The notes beneath the pieces are model-generated. The model made no database searches, was not told the DNA's origin, and saw only the letters and a list, made by a program, of their open reading frames with translations. The position numbers were made by a program, and so were the translations under genes. This document shows positions 40,320 through 51,481 of a DNA stretch of 64,000 bases, in pieces. The DNA is from Camelus ferus (lineage: Eukaryota): the NCBI RefSeq assembly GCF_009834535.1, contig NC_045696.1, positions 55,616,001-55,680,000 on the forward strand, written 5' to 3'. Positions within the stretch are counted from its first letter, which is position 1. Each line of letters starts with the position of its first letter.

Positions 40320-40990
40320 GAGCCTGGCGGGGAGCGAGATGCTGGTGGCGACCCCCGAACGGCGACGAGGGGCCTCGGCGGGTAACTCCTGGATCCCTAC
40401 CTGGCAGCATGTCGCCTGGCTACCCCTCCAGCAGCGTAGGGAGCGCCGCGGTAGCGCCCGCACCTGAGCCCCGGCCTCCGCAGGCCCCCTGCCCGGCCCC
40501 CGCCCCGGCTGAGGTAGGACGGCCCTCCGAGGCGCGGCCCGCGAGCGTCCAGCCCCGGTCCGTGACCGACCCGGCCCGCCGCCCGGCGATACCACACGGT
40601 GCCCGCCGCCTCCCTCTGCGCGGAATTGCGCGTCCCAGGCGCGGGCAGAGCGAAGGCCCGGCGAACTCACCCCAGACGCGACCGCGACGATCATCGCGCG
40701 GAGAAAGGGAAGGCGGCGAGAAGCAGCCGCGGGGACCGCCCCACGCCGCCCAGGAGGAGGCCCCTGCGCGCCGGCTCCGCCCCCCGCCCGTCCCGGGAGT
40801 CGCTTCGGCCGGACCCTGGGGGCGGGTCTGCGTGTTCCTTCGCTGGCGGGGCTCCACCGACCCCGCCACCCCCAACCCCACCCTCCCTGGGCGATGGAAG
40901 GAGCACCGGGAGGAAAGACCATCTTTGGGTGATCTTAATAAAGCTTTGTGCCTACTGCGCTAAGGTCTGGGCGCTTCCCAGATGCCCCTT
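40320..40990. promoter_or_regulatory. B4GALT4: CpG island / B4GALT4 promoter
   Basis: Very GC- and CpG-rich; Sp1-type GC boxes (ccgccc, gggcgg) at about 40777-40790 and 40818-40826; C-run cluster at 40861-40887. Confidence 0.88.
40671..40790 (-). other. B4GALT4: B4GALT4 non-coding first exon (5' end approximate)
   Basis: Strong donor GGG|gtgagt at 40670 inside the CpG island, downstream of GC boxes. A second donor CAG|gtaggg at 40400 may mark an alternative first exon. Confidence 0.65.
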
Positions 40991-41926
40991 GATTTACAAG
41001 CATTTAGCTCACAAAGCTTTGAGGAGACACAAACCTTCCCATTTTATGAAGTAGGAAACTGAGGTTTTAAAAGTTCATAAATTTACCTTACATCACCCTA
41101 ACAGGTTTCAGCTTTCTCAGCTGCAGTGTACCAAATTAACTGACTTTCCCATTTCACAAGACTATTGAGAATATTCAGTAACTAAATAGTGAGAAATCCA
41201 AATTTATTTTAAAATACACACACACACCCCCCCCCCAAGACAGAATCATATTTATAATAAAGATTGAGTGAAAAATCATGATGGGCAGTCAGGCAGGAGA
41301 GCAGGCTATATTATCCAACACAGCCTTCCACGGTAAGTAGCAGATTCTCCAAGAACCACCCCACCCCAAAAGGAACAATCCATGGGAAGAACCAGTGCTG
41401 GGGTCACCCAGGTCTAAGCAGGAGACCAGGGGCTTGGCTGAGGGCAGATGGAAGGTCTCCGCTGGCGGGATCGAAGCAAGAGGAGACAAACCTGAGCCTT
41501 CGACTTCAAGCTAAGACTGTGGAAGAACACTAAGGAGTTTCCAAGTCCCTTGTGCCCTGGACAATGGAAACACACTTTAGAGGTCACATCCTCAATTTAA
41601 TCCCATAGGATTCAAACAAATACAAGTTTCAATTTTAAAAAAATCACCAAGCACCGGAGGCCACACATAAGGACTCGCAGACCTCATACCCAAGAGATTT
41701 GGGCCCCCAAGGATGTCAGATACTAGAACTATCTGACACAGAATACAGGAGAACTCTTTGAAATTTTTAAAGAAGAAGATGTCCCTAGTGGTTACTTACC
41801 AATTACAAAAAGAATGTGGTACCCATTGGGGAAATCTGGCAGATAAACCTTAACCAAGTACTTAATTTCACCAATAGTACAAAACATACATGACATCATA
41901 CATGAGTTGATGCTCTAAGGACATAT

Positions 41927-42516
41927 TGTTGCAGAAAAATGTGTTACAGCTCAGTGTTACAGCTCAGTTACAGCTTGTTGTTACAGCTCAGTTGTAACAG
42001 CAACCTGGATCCAGGCAAGAGACCAAGCAGCACTCAAAGAGTTGGAGAACTCAGGTTTATTACACCAGCAGGCCCAGAAGAATTAACACTCCAAGCTCTC
42101 CACCCCATCTGTAGGTTTACACAGGCTTTTATAGGCTGCCAGTTTACACTTTGCAACACAATATGCAAATAAGGTATAACAAAAGTTGACTAATTAGGAA
42201 CAAGCTTTGTAGAAATGGACCAATCAGGAGGGAGAGAACCAATCAGGAGTGCGCTCCATGCAAATGAAGTATTACAAATGGACCAATCAGAAGTTAGGGA
42301 AATGGACCAATCAGGAGTGAAGGAAACGACCAATCAGGAGTGAGCTCAGGGATCAATAGAATTTTAGGGGTAAGTTCCACTTTCCTAGAAGTAAGCTGTT
42401 TCAGAGGCAAAAAGTGAGATAGAGCCTCTGGGCCAGGGAACCGGATGGTGTTGGCAGGAGAATAGTGGCCCTGCCTGGGGTCCTGCTGGTCTTTTTTTAT
42501 GGGGCTTTCCACCTCA
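41927..42516 (-). mobile_element. Solo ERV1-type LTR with CCAAT/octamer array, oriented toward B4GALT4
   Basis: TG...CA ends, perfect 4-bp TSD atat (41923-41926 / 42517-42520), minus-strand TATAAAA (42127-42133) and AATAAA (42056-42061), U5 tandem ttacagctcag-like repeats. Confidence 0.9.
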
Positions 42517-43065
42517 ATATCATCATTGTTGTACTGCCAAAAATGCATAATTCTAAATTAAAGCCCAAATTAAAGGATATTGTACAAAACAACTGGCCTG
42601 TATGCTTCAAAAATGTCAATGTGTTAAAAGACAAGGAATGATGAGGAACATTTCAGATTAAAGGAGAGTTGAGGAGATTTGACATCTAAATTCCTGGATT
42701 GGAAAAAAAATGTTACAAGGTATGTTATTGAGACAATTGTAAATGAGTATGTATGTCATGGTAGAGTAAAAAAAAAAAAAAAAGGAAAGTGAAAGTGAAG
42801 CTATGCCAATTCTGAGCCCAACCTTTTAAAGGCCATTATCTGCTTTCTGTTCCACTGTCTTCCATGTGTCAAAGCAGTCACAGCCAGCCCAGATTTAAAG
42901 GGAGGGAAAATATAGCCCCATTTCTCAGTGAGATGACTGTCAAAGAATTGGAGACTATTTTTAATCTTCTGAGTTATACATATTCATTTCCAATTATCTC
43001 AATAATACTCCTTTGAGCAACTTTATTCCAATCTAAGACCACATGTAAAGAAATCTCCTTAGTCT

Positions 43066-43765
43066 CCATTATGGACTGAATTGAACCCCCCCACCTCAAA
43101 TTCATATGTTAAAGCCTCTAGAATTATGAGAAAATAAATTTCTGTTGTTCAAGCCACCCAGTCTACAATATTTCGTTATGGCAGCTTTAATGAACTAATA
43201 CAGCCTCCTGTAATCTGGAACAGCTTCTCATCTGTCTTTGTCTTTCATAACATTGACATTTTTGAAGTGTACAAGACAGTTGTTTTGTAGAATATTCCTT
43301 GATTTGGGCCTATCTAATTATTTCCTCATGATTAAATTCCAATTATGCATTTTGGGCATAAATATGATAAAGATGATATTTATTATACCCTCAGAGCATC
43401 ACCTCATGTGTGATGCCAGTTTGTATTGGTAATCTGTAGAATCACTTTTTGTTGGAACCCTGAACCATCATGTGAGTAGCCCAGATACCCTGAGGCTACC
43501 ATGCTATGAGAAAGCCCACACTAGCCATGTGGAGAAGCCAAGGAGAAAAAGAAAAAGAGATGTCTAGCCACCTCCCAACTGTTCCAGCCACCAATCGCTC
43601 AGAATCGCCCCCACCTGAAGGTTAGACATCATAAAGTAAAGGTGAACCCCCTACTGCACCACATCTGAATTTCTGACCCACAGAATCATGTGATATAATA
43701 GTAGTACTCTGTTGTTTTCAGCTTCTACGTTTTGGGGTCATTTGTTACACAGCAATAAATAAAGT
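43066..43765 (+). mobile_element. MaLR (MLT1) fragments interleaved with an L1 remnant
   Basis: aataaatttctgttgttcaagccacccagt and ttttggggtcatttgttacacagcaata 3' motifs. Confidence 0.65.
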
Positions 43766-44629
43766 AAACCATGTGTCATATGATAATATTCTGTCAATAT
43801 TAAATTTGTTGCACTCGTGGTTATATAGTAGAGTGACTTTATTCTTAAGAATTATTTAATGATGAAGTGTCATGATGTCTGCAATTTCTCTCAAATGGTT
43901 CAGTTAAAATGTGTGTGTGTGATAGAGTTATCCAAACTCTATCTTATCTAATGGAAGATCAAACACCAACAGATATAGATGGACAGACACTGCATGGATG
44001 CAGAGCCTGACTAAGGGCCAGTATATATACATGTATATATATATATATTTTGAGTTAAGCAGGCACACAAATGTGACAAAATGTTAATAATTGATCAATA
44101 TCTTTTTAAAAGTGTATACAGGTGTTCCTTGAATAATTTTTACAACTGTTCTAAGCCGTGAAATTTTTTTTTAAGTTAAAATACAAAAGAGAGAAAGGAT
44201 TAAATCTCAAAGTGGAAAAAGCAGTAACTAGACTTTCCTTTCTGGCCAAGATAAAGTAACAGGGACCAGATGTACCATCACCTGAAGCATCCATTTAAAA
44301 AAAAAAGAAAAATATAAAAGAATAGTTTTCAAGATACTCATTATCAGGTAACAAAGGACAGTGATCTCTGACAGACAGGAAGCAAACAAGGTGAGCCCCA
44401 CAATTGTCCCAGCTCACTACCTTGAGAGAGTTTCTAAGCATAGCAGAGGGAAGGGAAAGCTAAAACAGAACCGGGAAGACTCCCTGAGTTGAGGAGATAG
44501 ACCCTGGAGTCCAGGGAGACCAGAGCAGCTAGATTTCACAGGACAGAATACCAAATAAAGACAGATGCACAGAGACAGAATACTGGAGATCTGCAAAGAA
44601 TCCCCTCAAAAAATCTCTATGATCAGTCA

Positions 44630-44832
44630 ATCTCACTTTCCTAGATGACTCCGTGCTCTGAGGCCACTCTTCCTTCTGAGTAAGATGGCCCACATTCTGC
44701 CTATGGAATGTATATCTCCTAGGTCTCTCTCTCTCTTGCTCTCTCTCCCCTTCAGAGATGGCCCACACTCTGTCTATGGAGTATATATCTCTCTGAATAA
44801 ATCTACTTTTACTCAAAAAAAAAAAAAAAAAA
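44630..44832 (+). mobile_element. Polyadenylated LTR R-region fragment (retrocopy) inside the L1 5'UTR
   Basis: LTR-like sequence with an internal duplication, AATAAA at 44796-44801, then an A tract of about 18 nt from 44815; no U5. Confidence 0.65.
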
Positions 44833-47800
44833 AGGATTCATGATCAATGCATGCATGTAGGGAAACTATCCAAAGCCAGGGAAAGAAACACCTATAGGGA
44901 TTAAAGGGACTAGTCCCTGTCACTCACACTGGTTTGGGAAAACTGCCTATTGCCATCATTTTTATGACTGGAAAAACTCATAATTCACAAGGCACTGGGT
45001 AGAGTACTCAGGAAAGTCTTGCTCAGTGATGGAGAAGAAGTAGCTCAACAATAAACAATGTTCCAGACCTGACTACTATATAGTAAAAACAAGACCAAAA
45101 AGACCAAACTAAATCCAAATAAGTTGAGTGTTTCCTAGAACAAAGTTCAAGAAAATTTATAGAGCTATAAAAATATCCAGCACCAAATAAGGTGAAATTC
45201 ACAACGCTTGGCATCCAAACAAAGATTATCAGGTACACAGAGTCAAGAAAATACAACTGATGGGGGCAGAATAATCAGCCAAAAGCAACCCAGAACTGAC
45301 ACAGGCATTAGAATTAACACAGAAGAACATTAAGACAGTTATTATAACTGTATTCCATGTATTCAAAGTTAGAGACATGGGAGATATAAAGAAGGACCCA
45401 AACTGAACTTGCAGAGATGAAAAGTAAAACACATGGCGACAATAGCATATAAGCCAGAAGGGAATAAATGAAAGTGTACTATTATAAGGTTCTTAGATTA
45501 CATGTGTAGTAGTATAATATCACTTTAATGTAGGGTATGATAGACAAACATGTACACGATAAACCCTTAAGCAACCACTAAAATAGCAAAATAATGAATT
45601 AGAACTAGTAAAGCAACAAAGGAGATAAAATCAAATCAAAAAAGAAACTTAATTAGGCCAAAAGAAGTTAGAAAACCAGGAAAAGAGGCAAACATAACAG
45701 ATGAGATAAATAGAAAACAAATAGCTAGAGGATATACTCAAACTTAACTACATTAATAATCACATTGAATATAAATGGTGTAAACACCTTGATTAAAAAG
45801 CAGAGATGGAGAAAAAAAGCAAAACTCAACTATACACTGCCTATAAAAAGTGCTCTTTAAATATAATGATAATATAACAAATAGGTTAAAAGTAAAAAGA
45901 TGGAAAGAGATACACCATGCTAACACAAGTCAAAAGAAAATAAGAGTAGCTACTTTAAAATAAGACAAAATAAATTTCAGAGCAAAGAACAGTAGAAGGG
46001 ATAAAGCAGGTCATTTTATCATTATAAGGATAAGGGCGTCAATTCATCAACAGGAAATAACAATCCTAAATATTGATGAACCTAATAATAGTTTTTCAAA
46101 ATACATTACATAAAAACTGATAGAACTGCACAATTACAGTCAGAGATTTCAAACCTCTCTCTCAATATTTTCTAGACCAATTCTACAGAAAATCAGTGAC
46201 AATACGGAAGATTTGAATAATACTATTAACTACTTGATCTGATTGACATTTACAGAACACTCTACCCAATAATAGAAGAATACACATTTTTCCAGTGCAC
46301 AGAGAACTATTATTCCTAAAATAAGGCAATAAAATTCAATATGATTCAAGTCATACAAAATATGTTCTCTGACTACAGAGGAATTAAACTAGAAATCAAT
46401 AACAAAAAGATCCTTAGAAAATTCCCAAGTATTTGGAAACTAAACAACACCCTTCTAAATAACTGGGAGAGTAAAGAAAAAATAAAAAAAGAAATCGAAA
46501 AGTATTTTGGACTGAATGAAAATTAAAATACACATATAAGAATTTGTAGATGTCATTAATGTAGTGCTTAAGTGAAAACTTACAACACTAAATGTCTATA
46601 TGAGAAAAGAATAAATGTCTCAGAACAATGATCTCAGCTTCTACCTTACAAAACTAGAAGAGGAAGAGCAAATTAAGCATTAAGTAAGTAGAAGAAAAAA
46701 TAATAAAGATCAAGGCAGAAATCAATGAAATAGAAAAGAAGAGAGCAATAAAGAGAATCTAAGTAATTCTGGTTCTTTGAGAAGATCAATAAAATGGATT
46801 AAGCTCTAACTAGACCAATCAGAAAAAAGAAAACAGACACAAAGCTATCAATATCAGAAACTAGAGAGCTGGCATCACCACATATTCTACAGGTATTAAA
46901 AGGATAAAAAGAGATTATTATGAATAACTTTATGCGAATAAATTTCACAACTTAGATAAAATGGACAAACATCTTGAAAGACATACATTACCACAACTCC
47001 CACAAGAAAAAACAGATAACATAAACAGCTCTATATCTATTTAAAAAATTGAAACTGTACTTAAAAGCCTCCCAACACAGAAAACTCAAGGCCCAGATAG
47101 CTAGTGAATTATAGAATTATAGAATCCACTAGCTAGGAGAAATAATGCTAATTCTACCCAAGATTAGAAATAACATACATATTCTACACAAATTAATATT
47201 TGTACTAATACTAGTTCTACACAAGGAAGAAATAATACTAATTCTATACAAGATTTTCCAAAATTTGAAGAGGAGAGAATAAGTATGAGGCCAACATTAC
47301 ACTAATACCAAACCTAGACAAAAATTTTACAAGAAATGAAATGGCAGATTCATATTTCAAATGTACATAGAAGCAAAAATTCTAAACAAAATTTTAGCAA
47401 ATTGAATCCAATAGTATAAAAAAGATAATACAATATGACCAAGTGAAGTAGATACCTCCCAAGAATGCAGGATTGCTTTAAATGTTAAAAAATGGAATGG
47501 TAATTCATCATATTAGCAAAGGAGAAAAACATATAATCATGTCAACAGATGCAAAAACCACATTTGACAAAATCCAATATCCATTACTGATAAAAAACTA
47601 GGAATATGAAGGAATATCCTCAACCTGATAAAACACATTTACAAAAATTTACAGCTAGCAACATGTTCAATGATGAAAGATAATGATTTCCTACTAAGAT
47701 CAGGAACAAGACAGGGATGTCTTCTGTCACCACTTATATTCAACAATGTATGTAGATACAAAAACTCTAAACATAATTTTATCAATCAAATTCAATAATA

Positions 47801-48209
47801 TATAAAAAGGATGTTACATCATAACCAAGAGTCATCCCAGGAATGAAAAAGCAATCAATGTAATTTAATCAATGTAATTCAGCATATTAGTAAACTAAAA
47901 AGAAAAATCAGGTGAAATAATACTTCTTAAAAAGTAATAAAAATGAATACGATTGGAAAGAAAGAAGAAAAACTATCTTTTTCATAGATAACATGATTGT
48001 TTCTGTAAAAATTCCAATGGCACATACAAAAAATGCTACAAAAACGAATGAGTTCAGTGCGTTTGCAAGGTACAAGATCAATATTCAAAAATGAATTAAA
48101 TGTCTGTATATTAGTAATGAATAATTGAACTTGAAATTTTAAAATACCACTTATAATAGCATCAGAAATATGAAAAATTTAGGGATAAATGTGACAAAAG
48201 ATGTGAAAG

Positions 48210-48649
48210 TGAGGCAAGCTGGGACCTGGGACCCTTGGCTGTAGGGCTTGCATTTGGACAAACATCTCCTGGAGCAACAGAATACAAAGTAACTATAAGG
48301 GACTAAAAAAATAACTGTGTACATGCACAGTCGGGGCAAATTATGACCAGCAAGATACAGAAAGTCCAAAAACTCAACTGTCACTTCTGAGGTGCTGGGA
48401 GCAAAAGCAGGGTACTGCGTATGATCCCTACACAGAGCACGGCCTCTGGTCCAACCCATGGATCTGCCTACTTTCACCCAATTTAAGGGACCAGCTCACT
48501 CTCCCTCAGGAAGCAAACAACAGAACCTGTCACTTGTTTCAGTCCCTCATGCTGCAGCACATGTCTCAGTAAAGTCTTGCCTGAATTTCTCCTCTGGCCT
48601 CTTATCAATTTCTATTGATTATGGAGTCCAAGAACCCTGACCTGTAACA
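48210..48649 (+). mobile_element. Solo ERV1-type LTR nested in L1 ORF2
   Basis: TGAGG...TAACA ends, 4-bp TSD aaag (48206-48209 / 48650-48653); L1 sequence rejoins across the insertion. Confidence 0.88.
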
Positions 48650-48785
48650 AAAGGTCTTACAGTGAAGATGACAAAACATTACTGAGAGAAATTCAAGAGG
48701 CCTAAAGGAATAGAGTTATATACTTTGTTCATGGGTGAAAAGACTCAATATTGTCAAGATTTCTCTCCTCAAATCCATCTGTAGA

Positions 48786-48955
48786 GGGGCAAGGTATAGT
48801 TCAGTGGTAGCGGGCATGCTTAGCATGCACGAGGTCCTGGGTTCAATCCCCAGTACCTCCATTAAATAAATTAAATACATACATACATACACACACACAT
48901 ACATACATACATATACTTAATTACCCCCATATAAAAAAAGTTTTAAAAAATTTAA
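48786..48955 (+). mobile_element. tRNA-derived camelid SINE inserted in old L1 ORF2
   Basis: A/B boxes, (CATA/CA)n expanded linker, approximate TSD aaat..atc(t/a)gtaga. Confidence 0.85.
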
Positions 48956-49897
48956 AAATTGATCAGTAGATTCAATGCATTTCCAATCAAAATCCCAGTA
49001 GATTGTTTTCCTTCAGAAATTGAAAATCTAACTCTAAAAATTAAATGAAAATGCAAAGCACCTAGGATTCCTAAAAACAATTTTCAAAAAGAACAATTGC
49101 AAACTCTAAATAAAGACAAAAAAGTTTTTTAAAAGGTAGCATGAAATATATTATTTGAGCAAGTCATGTAGTGTAAGAAAGAAGAGTCTACTTGGCCTTG
49201 ATGCTTGTTTCATTCTCCTTTGAGCTTCTCAGGCTTAAAGATATTGAATTAGTTTATCTTCTGAGCCAAACACTCAAAATTCTATAGCAAATAATATTTG
49301 CTGAAACATAACTGTAAGTCACAGCTGGTTTAGAGGAGTGAAAAAAAGACAAAAGAAGAAAACTGCAAGTCACAAAATAATTTTTTGATTTCAGCTTTTA
49401 GAATCAATCAACAGATAAAATACAGAAAAATTAATTATACTTACAGAACAAAATGCAAATGCTATAAACCCTCACATTGTAAATATAAAGGTAGAGAAGA
49501 TAGAAATTGGGAGGTACAGAGGGAGAGTGGGTGGAAATGAGGGGACAAGGAGAGGTGAAGAGCAGGATGAGGGGGCTACTTTTCTCTTACTACCCAGTAG
49601 GGAATCAAGAATTACTACTTACATTGAAGGAGCAAGAATTCAAACGTTAAGCATGGTGTTTAAATTTATAATGATAATCAAAAGAAGTATGGGAAATTAT
49701 ATCATTAACAAAGCACAGGAAGGGGGAAAGAAATGGAGAGCTAGTCTCAATGATTTGTTACCATTCATAGCTTTGGGTTAACAGACCCTGGATAAAGTAT
49801 ATAAATCAAGAAACAGTGATATAGGCATAGAGTTTATAATTATAGCACTAACCACTAAAAGAACTAAAACAAATTCCTTTTAATTAAAATTAAAATA

Positions 49898-50030
49898 GGA
49901 GGAGGGTATTGCTCAGTGGTAGAGCACACGCTTAGCGTGCAGGAGGCCCTGGGTTCAATCCCCAGTATCTCCATTAAAATAAATAAATCAATAAATAAAC
50001 CTAATTACCTTCCCTCCCCAACAAAAACAA
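49898..50030 (+). mobile_element. tRNA-derived camelid SINE
   Basis: A/B boxes, cctaattacct tail, 13-bp TSD taaaattaaaata. Confidence 0.85.
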
Positions 50031-51468
50031 TAAAATTAAAATACAAAACAAATTCTTTTTAATTAAAAATAAAATTAAAAAACAAAATTTTTAATTAAAA
50101 TTTAACTAAAATTTAATTCTTTTTAATTAAAAGCCTTTGGGTGGTAAGACATGGAGGTGAGAGAGAGGTTTGAGGAATGAAGCAAGAAATTCTTCTTTTT
50201 CCTTTGAATACCATTCTGTACCTTTTACATTTTTTAAACCAAGTGCACATATTACTTTTATTGTAGATATTCCTTATGCAATTTTATCATTTTAGTTTTG
50301 TTTAACTTTAGGTTTAAGGTTCAACTCTGTGTCCTCAGCACTGAGCCATGAGGAAATTATAATGCACCTATTTTTTAAGTTTTATGGTCAGAACATTTAC
50401 ATTTTCCAGATAAGGCTAAGTTACTTCACAGCCCGTCTCCTCACGATCTTATTTTCCAAAAAAACACTAACCCACATCCAAAAAAACCCAGAAAGGCAAT
50501 TTAAACCTTTACTAGTGTCATGAAAACATCAAAGGAGGGTTCCACTCATAATACATAATAAAACCTCTTAAAATCTTTCCCTGACCCGTTCTCAATGTCT
50601 CACACCATATGGTAGCTGCTCCCAAGTCTCTCTCCTTTTCAAACTTAAATGAAACACATCTCACACTGATTCTAGTCTCCTCCCTTTTCTTTCTGGGCCT
50701 TGCTCTCTTCTAAGTCTCTACTTGCTCAAATATAAGTCAACCTTCTCCTGCTGTCCATTTCATCTTTTACCACAAAGGTCTTTCTTCTTAGTCAGGGGCA
50801 ACTGGCATCACTGTAATGCTATTGCTAAAAGAAAACCAAATTTCCCAAAATTTGATTTCTGAAAAATCTACCCCAAATATTTGAGGCATATCCTGCTGGA
50901 ATTTAGTTACAAAGCTATGTTTCTCTACTGTAATCATCTTAAAGATAGAAGTGAGGTTTTATTCATCTTTGTGTTTGGGGAGCCAACAACATAGTAATTC
51001 TCCTTATAGCAAATGCTCATGTTACTGGTGAATTGTAATTTGAAATCGCTTTTATGGGAGAGTACAGGGGAGGAGGAGAGGAAGGAAACTAACATTTACT
51101 GAGCATCTCCTATGGAGCAGGCATCATGCCGTTAAGGCAGGGATAGAACTTTGCACCTTCTCTTGTAGATCAGTAATTCTCAACTGGGACCAAGAAAAGC
51201 GGACTGTGGAGGAGCACATGTAGCTTAAAAGAACCCTCCGTGTGAAGCTATTACTCCCCACCGTGTGTGCAAGCACACAGAACATGCACTAGAACATTCT
51301 AGTACCCCTGATTCAGATAAACTAAGATGTTTTTACAAATAGTGATGTGTCCAAAATGCTGTTTGACCTTGAGGTCTTGAGGGTAGGGGAGAAAGATTTA
51401 AGAACCAGTGGTGGAAACTCTGTGTATGTGTGTTGAAGTGTATCAATACACATACACACTCAAGATGC

Positions 51469-51481
51469 CCACTAGATGGCA
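51469..51481 (+). promoter_or_regulatory. Candidate CTCF site
   Basis: CCACTAGATGGCA matches CCASYAGRKGGCR; intergenic between the B4GALT4 and ARHGAP31 promoters. Confidence 0.45.

Larger units (their letters stand above)
40096..44021 (+). repeat. Dispersed 79-bp direct duplication (40096-40174 and 43943-44021)
   Basis: 72/79 identical without gaps by manual alignment. Confidence 0.92.
44230..49100 (+). mobile_element. Old, decayed long L1 (5'UTR plus ORF2 endonuclease/RT remnants) with nested LTR, SINE and retrocopy
   Basis: A-rich plus strand; EN N-terminal remnant (ITLNxNG) near 45755; SDYRGIKLEIN remnant at 46341-46526; RT remnants (tcaggaacaagacagggatg); many stops, frameshifts and internal duplications (47140-47250; 47400-47600 vs 47760-47910). 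Confidence 0.88.

Noticed and set aside
40245..41054. Long overlapping ORFs (150-225 aa) on both strands
   Set aside because: Arg/Gly/Pro/Ala-rich artefacts of stop depletion in a CpG island; mostly non-ATG starts and no recognisable domain.
41329..41340. Plus-strand donor CACG|gtaagt suggesting a divergent lncRNA
   Set aside because: Single motif with no supporting exon structure; cannot be supported without RNA data.
41935..42000. Short repeats ttacagctcag resembling an array
   Set aside because: Tandem U5 repeats within an LTR with no unique spacers; not CRISPR-like.
46341..46526. 61-aa ORF resembling L1 ORF2
   Set aside because: Fragment of a decayed L1 surrounded by stops and frameshifts; not a functional gene.
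49860..50135. AT-rich quasi-palindromes (ttttaattaaaa)
   Set aside because: Low-complexity minisatellite around a SINE insertion.
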